Origin: a virus
Lineage: Duplodnaviria; Caudoviricetes
Reading direction: 5' to 3' (one strand)
IMG/VR virus record: IMGVR_UViG_3300032167_000004
Span: 32,001 to 96,000 of that record
DNA: 64,000 bases
Position numbers and translations under genes: made by a program. The notes beneath the pieces were generated by a model. That model was not told where the DNA came from, searched no databases, and saw only the letters and a list, made by a program, of their open reading frames with translations. Positions 54,586 to 64,000 of this stretch are shown one piece after another (position 1 is the stretch's first letter; each line of letters begins with the position of its first letter).

Positions 54586-54836
54586 AAAACTAATTGTTCC
54601 TATACATAGTAATATGTATATAAAACTTTCTTAATTGCTGGGACATCATATATGGACAATCAGCAGCCAAGACTATCTAAAAAGATAGTAAGGTTCAACG
54701 ACTATTAGATTCAAGTGAATCATAATGGAAAGCTCCTTTTAATAAAAGGATGAAGATATAGTCTAATCTTTATAGTAATATAAAGCTGTTATTAAATTAA
54801 CGATATAAGAGTAATGAACTTATATGAATATTATTG
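54586..54836 (+). ncRNA. Group I intron 2 (251 nt, ORF-less)
   Basis: P/Q/R/S motifs; P1 GGAAT/GTTCC; P10 TAATT/GATTA; terminal G. Confidence 0.9.
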
Positions 54837-54858
54837 GATTAATTTCTCTAGCCGTTGT
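54837..54858 (+). CDS. rpoC: beta' N-half exon 3 (22-nt micro-exon)
   Basis: Encodes (M)INFSSRC of the conserved G..(N/D)FS.R.VI.PDP motif. Confidence 0.85.
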
Positions 54859-55089
54859 AAAAATAATGCAACGTAACTCTTTTAATTGCTGGAAAGTCTA
54901 GAAATAGATAATCAGCATCCAAGACTATCTAAAAAAGATAGTAAGGTTCAACGACTATTAGATTCAAGTGAATCATAATGGAGAGCAACTTATTATAATA
55001 AGTTGAAGATATAGTCTAATCTTTATAGTAATATAAAGCTGTTATTAAATTAACGATATAAGAGTAATGAACTTATATGAATATTATTG
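54859..55089 (+). ncRNA. Group I intron 3 (231 nt, ORF-less)
   Basis: P/Q/R/S motifs; P1 CGTTGT/GCAACG; P10 ATAAT/GTTAT; terminal G. Confidence 0.9.
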
Positions 55090-55147
55090 GTTATTATTCC
55101 TGATCCTGAATTGAAAGCAGATGAAGTAAAACTTAACTATATGGCAT
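55090..55147 (+). CDS. rpoC: beta' N-half exon 4 (58 nt)
   Basis: VIIPDPELKADEVKLNYMA. Confidence 0.85.
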
Positions 55148-56306
55148 TAAATTAAAAGTGTCCTCATATAGTAATATATGATGTAAAAACTTTCTTAATT
55201 GCTGGGAAATCCTATACGGACAATCAGCAGCGAATACTCTTTATAAAAAAATATAAAAAGGAGATACAGTATGAAATACGAATTTACGATAAAACCTATA
55301 GAAGGAGAAACCTATACTATATTAAAAGATATTGATGGTAATGATACTGAATTTTTAATTAGTAAAAATGGTTATATTACACCTTCTAATACTATCATTG
55401 TTGAAATATGGAAACCTATTTTTATAAATGGTGAAAAAACTCATTATTTGATCAGTGACTATGGTAGAATCAAAAATTCAAAAAAGAATAAAATACTTAA
55501 ACCTAAAACAAATGCATATTGGGGATATAAACAAGTTGATTTATCTATACATAATGTAAAGTATCAGTGTAAAGTTCATAGATTAGTAGCAGAAGCTTTT
55601 ATTCATAATCCTGGAAATAAAAAGACTGTAGACCATATAATTGTAACTTCTCCAAGTGAGATTGGTAAAGCTATTAATACAGTATTTAATTTACGATGGG
55701 CTACTCAAGAAGAACAAGCTAAATATGCTATTTCGTCTGGAGCTAGACATGGTGTTAAAGGATCTAAAAATCATCTTGCTAAAATGGATGAATTAATGGC
55801 ACATGCAATTTGCAAAGAAATTGTAAAATATGAGTTATCTATTATTGAGATTAGTAAAAAATTAAATATTCCGTCGCATACTATAACAGATATTTTAGAT
55901 AAAAGATCTTGGATACATATATCATCAAATTATGATATTGATAGATCTAGAATACCTTCTAGTAGAAGAGGATTAGACAAAGAAGATTTATTTAAAATAT
56001 TTAAGTTGCGAGATGATGGATATACTTATAAATATATTGCTGATCAGATTGATAATAAGATAACATCAGGTGCTATAAGAGATATGATGAATCGACCCGG
56101 TAGTTATAAAAAAGAAAAAGAAGAATATGCATTATTATATAAAAATAATAAAGAGTAACGTTCAACGACTAATATATCTGTGTAAGATAGTAATAGAAAG
56201 TATCCTATTCATCAAATAGGATAATGATATAGTCTAATCTTTATAGTAATATAAAGCAGTTATTAAAATAACGGTGTAAGATTAACAATCTTATATGAAT
56301 AAAATG
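55148..56306 (+). mobile_element. Group I intron 4 (1159 nt) carrying an HNH homing endonuclease
   Basis: P/Q, R GTTCAACGACTA, S ATGATATAGTCTA; P1 GGCAT/GTGTC; terminal G. Confidence 0.88.
55271..56158 (+). CDS. Intron-encoded NUMOD4-HNH homing endonuclease
   Basis: EIWKPI...YLISDYGRI, VHRLVA...TVDH...NLRW; AAGGAG SD. Confidence 0.88.
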   Translation: MKYEFTIKPIEGETYTILKDIDGNDTEFLISKNGYITPSNTIIVEIWKPIFINGEKTHYLISDYGRIKNSKKNKILKPKTNAYWGYKQVDLSIHNVKYQCKVHRLVAEAFIHNPGNKKTVDHIIVTSPSEIGKAINTVFNLRWATQEEQAKYAISSGARHGVKGSKNHLAKMDELMAHAICKEIVKYELSIIEISKKLNIPSHTITDILDKRSWIHISSNYDIDRSRIPSSRRGLDKEDLFKIFKLRDDGYTYKYIADQIDNKITSGAIRDMMNRPGSYKKEKEEYALLYKNNKE

Positions 56307-56782
56307 TTTTGGAACTTTATAAGTACGAGATAATCGCATATCTCGTTAAGATGGCAGGTATTACTGAAAATGAAGCCTATGAAGCTTGGTTTAAAGCCCG
56401 TATAGTTTATAATCCTAAAATTTATGAAGTAATGAATTTTATTCTTAAGAAAAGAAAGCCTAAGATCCTGATTAATCGTAACCCCACGATTAATTATGGG
56501 TCCTTGCTTTGTGTTAAGATTAAATCTATTAAGAACGAGTTTTCTGAAGATTACACGATGAGTATGCCACTGCAGATTTTAAGTGTACTGAACGCTGACT
56601 TCGACGGAGATATTCTGAATATTATTAGTCTGAAAACAAAAGCTTTAGAAAAAGAATATAATAAGATTTTTAATCCTAGATTAAATCTCTTTGTTAGTAG
56701 AAATGATGGCATGTTCAATAGTGATGTATCTTTGTTTAAAGATGAAATTATTGGATTGTGGTCCTTTAATAATATTGAATAA
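56307..56782 (+). CDS. rpoC: beta' N-half exon 5 containing the catalytic motif
   Basis: INRNPTI and NADFDGD. Confidence 0.92.
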
Positions 56783-56799
56783 TAAGAGGATATATTATT

Positions 56800-58812
56800 A
56801 TGGCTAAAGATATTAATGAAGAAATTGATAGATTATTATATATAAGAAATGAAGTATATTTTTATACTAAATTATTAATTGCAGATAAAAATATAAGAAT
56901 TATAAGTAAAGATAAATTTAATCAATGGATGAATGAAAATAAATTAGATAAAGATATAATTTATTGTACAGTAGATCCAGAGATTGGTCAGTATATTGAA
57001 GGATATATTGAATAAGAGATAAATATATGGTAGTAGTAAAGATTTAATTTACTACTACCATATTATATAAATTTTTTATATAAGGATATACTTATGAAAG
57101 AAATTAAAATATTAATATATGTAATGATCATTAGTGGATTAGTATGTTTTAGAACCATTGGAAGATTTATGACTGATAAAATAAAAACAGAATGGTCATT
57201 TGAATATCTTATATTTGGATATGGTGGAGCATTAGTGTTTGTCGGTAGTGTTGAATTATTAGTATATTACATATTTTTTATATAGAGGTGTATAAAAATG
57301 GAGAATAAATTAATTATAATTGGTATTATTGCCTTTGTATTGTTATCTATTTCAATCAGCTTCTATATTGGTTATATATTAGGTTTTAAAAAATCTAAAG
57401 AGATTGATGATAATATTTTAAATGAATTAAGAGAGAAATATGTTAAACCATTTTATTTAGATGAAGATGATTATATATAAGGAGAAAACAATGGACAAGA
57501 AAACTGATAGAGGTTATTTATATATTAAAGCTGATAATCCTTATATAAATGGAATTCTTGGTACTGATATTAAATTAACCTTTAAACAGAAAATAGATAT
57601 ACTTTTTAGTAAAGGTATATGTGTATTATTAAGAGGAAATGATATCATTAAATCAAAAGGACCTTTGAAATAAATGGGATGTGAAGGATGTATTCATTAT
57701 TCATTTTGTGGATATTTTGATTTATATTATGGTAAAATGACAGAAGAAGAAAGATTTAAAGAGCATTGTGTTGGTTGTTGCTGTGGTGATGGAGCGGAAT
57801 GTAATAAACACAATGGTGAAGGTCATAAATGTACAAATTGGGAAGATGGTTCTGAACCATTAATGGGATAATATGACTGTTGAAGAATTAATTAAAAAAT
57901 TGGAAGAATTTCCAAAAGATATGGAAGTTTATGTTGGTTATGATGAAATAGAACGTGTATATGAAAGTACATGGACACATAGTAATTATCCATATAATAA
58001 ACCAGATAAACAGATAGTAATTATTGATTAATATAAGAGGAGAATAATATGTTTAAAGATGCAGTAGTAGTAACTTCTAAATTTTTAGAGTTAAGAGACA
58101 AATTAAATCATAATATTAGTATGAATAAAGGATATAACAATAGTATTATGCGAGAACATGGTAAAAGTGAAGAAACACTTAATCTGTATGAGTTACAAAA
58201 AGCTTTCGGTGAATTATGTGAACTTTTACATGATTTAGCATTATCTGCTAATAAATAAGTTGGGGAGAAACTATATGAGTTGTATTTCAAGCAATAATTA
58301 TCCTACAAAAGGAAGAAACCTTGATCTTAAGATTAATAACCCTTCATTTATAAAAGATACTATAGATTCACATATATCATATAAAGAAATCATTCTTGCT
58401 GAATGGGACATGGTGATGGATGATTTTGATGATGGTGTTGGTACTAGACTTTTACCTCATTGTACAAATTGTCATAGAGGTGTATATAAACATGATGCTG
58501 GTAAATGGTGTACATTTTGTGGAGCATTAATGAAAAACCCAATAGCATTATAATATATTAGGAGAAATATTGAATATGAAAATGTTTTCTGATTGTAGTG
58601 GAGAATGTTGTGTTTGTGCATGTGGAGATTTTTGTCTTGCGGGACATGGTGATGATGATTTCCGTTTAGCTACTAAAGAACAAATTATTTCACGATTAGA
58701 TAAAGGTCAATATAGATCATATAGATTTATGATGGTTAATACATTATTCAATGTATATAACTATGAATATACTAGATCTGAGTTAGAAATTAGAGGGGAG
58801 AAAACTGTATGA
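56800..58812 (+). other. Block of small hypothetical CDS (56800-57015, 57094-57285, 57298-57480, 57461-57673, 57674-57871, 57873-58031, 58049-58258, 58260-58553, 58570-58812)
   Basis: Coupled ORFs; several Cys-rich or single-TM. Confidence 0.65.
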
Positions 58813-59594
58813 AAGTATTTTTAGGTGGAACTTGTGCTGGTTATCCTTGGAGAGATGACTTACAGACTTTATTAAACTGTGACTATTATAATCCAATTGT
58901 TGAAAATTGGAGTGAAGAAGATAGATTAAGAGAAGTACATGAAAGAGAAACTTCTGATTATGTATTATATGGAATTACTACTGGTATTAATGGTGTATAT
59001 TCTATTGCAGAAGTCGTGGATGATTCTAATAAAAGACCTGAAAAGACAATATTCCTTAATTTGTTTAAAGAATATGGTGATGAGTCTAGAAAGAAAATGG
59101 GTCATAGTCTTAAAGCAGTTGAAAACTTATTAAAATCTAATGGTGTTAAAGTATTTAATACTATTGAATCTGTTGCAGAATTTTTGAATAATAGATATTT
59201 TGAAACACAATCTAAAGCAGACTTTGCTAGTTCTGAATGTATGGTAAATTGTGTTAATGCTCATTTCGATACAAAATCAAATTTGGAAACAAAAGAACCT
59301 ATTTACATAGTTGAATTGCATGATTATGATAGTGATACTGTTGTGGGTTATTTTACAGATTATAAAAAAGCAGAAGAATGTTCTGATTATTTTAATAAAG
59401 CTAAGCCTAGTTCTTATCAGGATGTAGGATTTAAATGGCAAATAATAGAATTTGATCCAAATACAATTGACTACGCTTCTATGCTTAACGAAATTAATGA
59501 AAAAGAAAGACTCGAACGTGAAGCAAAAGAGGAAGAAGAACGACAGAAAGAATTGGCAGAACTTGCAAGATTAAAGGCTAAATATGAAACTTAA
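58809..59594 (+). CDS. Nucleoside 2-deoxyribosyltransferase-like protein with a C-terminal extension
   Basis: KVFLGGTC...WRD...YYNP.VENW...YSIAE.VDD; C-domain resembles the 47238 ORF (V.GY.T...KA). Confidence 0.7.
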   Translation: MKVFLGGTCAGYPWRDDLQTLLNCDYYNPIVENWSEEDRLREVHERETSDYVLYGITTGINGVYSIAEVVDDSNKRPEKTIFLNLFKEYGDESRKKMGHSLKAVENLLKSNGVKVFNTIESVAEFLNNRYFETQSKADFASSECMVNCVNAHFDTKSNLETKEPIYIVELHDYDSDTVVGYFTDYKKAEECSDYFNKAKPSSYQDVGFKWQIIEFDPNTIDYASMLNEINEKERLEREAKEEEERQKELAELARLKAKYET

Positions 59595-62500
59595 TCAATT
59601 ATTTTGTGATCATGAATTAGGAATACATGGTGGTATTTTATTTGAGTATTCACCTGATAGAAAAGTTGTTATGAATGACTGTAGTCATTTTATATGTAAA
59701 AAATGTGGAAAGTCATATAAGGAAATAACTATGATAGATATTGACAAACTTTTAGATAGTAAACATGTTACTATAAGATTTTTTGGTACACTTGGTTTTT
59801 ATAATTCATGTATACATAGCAATCAGTGTGTAGATAATAGTTGTAAAAATTGTAGTTATACTAACTATTATGTCAGATTTAAAAATGGTAATAAACACAG
59901 ATTACCTGGTTTTATACAAGTAATCTTAAGAAAGATATGGAGTTAATTATATGAGTAGTTTTGGTGATGGTAATGTTAAGACTAGGATTGAAGAAGAATT
60001 ATCTTGGATAGCAAAAAATTGCTATTCTGATAATTTCTCTGAAGATAATGAAGCAAAAAAGAATTTTCTTTTAGATGTAATAGAAGTATTGACATATATT
60101 TGTGGTGAATAATATGGTTTTATGTAATGAAAAATGTTTACCATGTTGTGATTATTGCATTTATGTTATGACTGAACGCATTCCTTATAACGGAAAAATG
60201 ATAAACGGTAGACCTATTGGATGTTTTAAAAATCATGATGAGGAACATAATAAAATTGCTGAGTCATGTGGATATTGTAAAGATTTCCATTGTAGAAATA
60301 TGAAACTAAAACAATGTGTGGAGATTGAATATGTATAATCCTTGTCATGAATGTTATATTAGATATGATAGACAGTATACAGAAGATTGTGATAATACTT
60401 GTGAATATGCTCATGTGCTGAGTAAATTAAAACCTTATGGTTCAATAGATACTATTATTGAAATTTTAAAAGGTGATTCTTTTCCTTTAGTATTTATAGA
60501 TAAGGATCATCTTGATCGTACATATCATATTGTACAAGCTGCTAAAGATGGAATAATATAAGTAAGAGGTGAAGCTATGAGTGTATACATTTGCGAAAAA
60601 TGTGGATGTATAGATAATACTTCATTAGGTGGATATTGGAAAAATGCTTTGAGAAAAGAACCTAAAATGTGTTCAGAGTGTAATACTGGAGTTTGGCATA
60701 ATGAGTTTCCAAAGAAACATTGGACTGAATATGGAATCGAAACTCTATTAGAAATGGAATACAAACATGACGGTTCTATGATAAACGCATCTACATATTT
60801 AAAATCAATAGGAGAGATGTATTAACATGATAGAAGTTTTACATAATACTGAAAAAGAAAAAGTTATGGAGTTTATTAAAAATCCTGTATTGGTTTCTGG
60901 TCGTAATAGAATGGGTTGTAATGAAAATTGGTATAATCCATATTATGCTATTAAGGAAACCTTTAGTCTACAGGAGATAACTTTAATGTCAACTGAAGAA
61001 GTTAGTAATTTAGTAAAGTTAGCTGGAGCTATTGGTGAAGCTTTATATTAACGGAGATAATTATGAGGAATTTACATATAGAAAATAGTTATAATATTTG
61101 GAGCATATCTAAAATGAAATCTATTATAGATGAGGAATGTGTAACATCATATTATTCAGATCTTCCAAAATTATATTTGAATAGAACATATCTGTCTATG
61201 TATATTGAATGGTGGTTACATAATATCGGATATTATATTACAAAACCATTTTGCTTTATTAAACGAATTGAAAAGATTAATTTAAGATGTAAAGATGTTG
61301 ATATTAATGAATGGGTGGAATATATGGCTAAAAAAGATAAAGTTATTATAGAAGGTAAAGAAATCAATACACTATATGAAGCATATATTTGGCTTAAAGA
61401 AGCCTGGATGTATGAACCGTATAATATATCTTATAGTGAATACGGGAATAAGGATTCTGATTTTTATTATGAAGTTATTAATATCGAATCAACTAAAGAA
61501 TTTGATGGTTGGGATTTTTACATCTATGATCTAGAACAATTTGAGAGTTTTATAGATAAAAATTAAAGAGGAAATTTTTATGGAAGAAATTATTTATCAA
61601 TTAAAATGTGTTCAAGAAAAACTTAAATTTATAAAATCTGAATATCCGTGTATTGAATTTGACATTGAAGTATTAGATGGATGTATTTCTCAACTTGAGA
61701 ATATTAATAAAAACGAGGATAAAAATATGGGTACTATTGTTAGAGAATATGAAACAAGGTATAATACCGGAGATGTAGTAATCTTTAGAAAAGACAACAA
61801 ATTACAAGTTGGTATTATTGAAGGTTACTATATTGATAATGATATTTTCTGGTTTAATATTAGAATATCTAAAGATGTGGTTTATACATACTCAAATCAT
61901 GGAGATGTTGGAGAATATGATATTATTGGTATTGTAGATGATACAACTAAAATGATTTGTAATGATATAATTACTAAGGATTTATTTTAAAGAGGAATAT
62001 TATATGAATAAAGCTATTCTAGTACTAAATATACCACGAAGTTGTATGGAATGTTCATTAAGATTTAGAGATGACCATTCAGATTTCTGTGGTGTAAATA
62101 TCAATGATAATCAATTAGAGGTTCATGAATTTATGTTAAAATTCACAAAACCTGATTCATGTCCATTAAAACCAATTCCAGAAAAATATGAAATTGACGA
62201 TACTATCCCACATGATAGAGATTGTGATTGGGAATATGAATATGGATATAATAAAGCTATTGATGATATTTTGGAATTAGAGGTAAAAGTATGTTAAGAT
62301 ACATATGTCCAGTATGTGGTAATGATTTAGAAGAATCGGAAGGTCTTGATAATACTGAGGTATTTCATTGTATAAATTGTGGATATACATATATGAGAAA
62401 GGTTTAAATATATGGGACTTTTTAAATGTAAACATAAGTGGCAAATTACTGAAAAGAGCAATGTGTTACAGTTGGATGAATTAGGGTATCCTCTTAGATT

Positions 62501-63847
62501 ATTTATTGTTAAATGTACTAAGTGTGGTAAAAGTGAGCATCAGTGGATTGATGTTGCTAAATCAGTATTAAATGAATTAGATACTGGTGAATCTGTATTA
62601 TTAAAATGGAGTAAAGTATAATGAAAATTTTAGTTAACGAACTACCATCAAAACCTGAAGAATGTATATTCTCTAGAGAAGAAATTGAACGTAGATTAAT
62701 TGATATTAATACTGGTAAGTTGATAACTGAATATATTCCGTATTGTATTATTGATTTAAAACAATGTGTTTTAAACTATGATAATGAATGTTGTAAATTA
62801 AAGAAGGTATAATTATGAATTTTATTATCATTAAAATCTTATGTACATTATTGGTGATTATAATGTGTTATTTCTTTATTACTGAGACAATAAAATATAT
62901 TAATAAAAAAGAATATGGATTTGCTTTAATCGGTATAGTTTTAACTATATATTATTTATATTCTGAATATAGATTATTAATAGAGGTTTAATTATGGCTA
63001 CAAAAATAACAGAATTAACTCCCATATTAGTTGAAAAAACTTGTGATAAATGTGGTGGCTATATAAGATTAGTCAAGGAATGTGATGATGGTTTCCATTT
63101 ATTAAGAAACACTAAATATTGGTATGAATATAAGTGTGAAAAATGTGGAGATACTATAGTCACAGAAAACCCAATAATATTGAGAACTATTAAATTTATA
63201 AATAAAGAGACAGATGAGAGTTATAAACTAATTCCAACTAATGGACTATTTATTCAAACATGATATAGGAGATAAAAAATAATGGTTTATATGAGTTTTA
63301 ATGATATTAAATATTATATTAATAAAAAATATCCTGGAAAATATACTGATGAAGAAATTGAGCTTATGCCTATTATAATAGTCAGTGAAACAGAATCAGT
63401 AGCATCACACATTCAGGATTCTATGATAACAGTTCAAAATACTAATGAAAAATCAAAATATGATTTTTGTGACCCTAGTATTCTACAGCCTTTACCTGCA
63501 GTAATATTTGTAGAAGCTTTTTAATATTAATATAAAATAGGAGAATTTTAATGGATAATCAAGATTTTTTAACAGGACTTATAACATATAGTTTACAAGA
63601 AGCACTTAAAAAATATGAAAATCCTGAAAGTGAAGTAAATAGAGTTTTATTTGAAGCTTTTAAACGAAGTGAAACTGTTTGGAAATCAATTAGAATACAT
63701 GGTTTAGAAACATATGGTTTAACTTATGAGCAATTTTGTAAACAATGTGAAGACAAACCAAATATTCTATTTTTATCTGATGATGAATTAAATGAATATT
63801 GTAAAGCAATGGAAATTATGAAATCAATAAAAAATATATTGGGGTAA
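59584..63847 (+). other. Block of small hypothetical CDS (59584-59946, 60102-60338, 60331-60561, 60577-60825, 60827-61051, 61063-61566, 61580-61990, 62004-62297, 62412-62621, 62621-62812, 62994-63263, 63282-63524, 63551-63847)
   Basis: Dense co-oriented SD-led ORFs, many Cys-rich. Confidence 0.7.
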
Positions 63848-63849
63848 AT

Positions 63850-64000
63850 ATGAAATTAAAAGATATTGTAAATTATATTAGAAGACCTTTTATAGTTATT
63901 ATTCCTGGTGAAAAGATTGATCATGATCAGGTACAAATGTTAGTTAAGATTGATAATAAATATTATGTCGGGCATACCATTCATGGTATAGAAGAAGATA
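63850..64000 (+). CDS. Hypothetical protein, truncated by the window end
   Basis: ATG at 63850; open to the end. Confidence 0.55.
   Translation, partial: MKLKDIVNYIRRPFIVIIPGEKIDHDQVQMLVKIDNKYYVGHTIHGIEED

Noticed and set aside
52428-56782. Fragmented pseudogene, inteins or stop-codon recoding
   Set aside because: Group I P/Q/R/S elements and in-frame splice junctions explain all breaks; other genes read fully in the standard code.

Overview
This is a very AT-rich segment of a jumbo bacteriophage genome of the AR9/PBS1 (phiKZ-related) type. Strong AGGAG/AGGTG Shine-Dalgarno sites and an M23 peptidase plus tail lysozyme suggest a Firmicute host (inference). The window holds a 3215-aa tape-measure-like virion protein with cell-wall hydrolase domains and three multisubunit RNA polymerase subunit genes. 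The beta gene carries one group I intron; the catalytic beta' N-half carries four, two with HNH homing endonucleases, and has a 22-nt micro-exon. Also present are thymidylate kinase, a tandem ThyX, RNase H, a PolB-like fragment, a kinase-like protein, virion genes, three tRNAs, a candidate origin, recurring early (AAATATATATTATT) and late (AACA-N6-TA) promoter motifs, and long runs of small early ORFs. The standout is an RNA-guided system of the TIGR-Tas type. A 317-aa Nop/IS110-like protein with no visible nuclease domain (18531-19484, minus) is followed directly by about 20 dual-repeat ~36-nt units (17756-18505). A second, gene-less array with the same repeats lies ~10.5 kb away on the opposite strand (29055-29776). 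All family assignments come from motif recognition by eye; no database searches were run.
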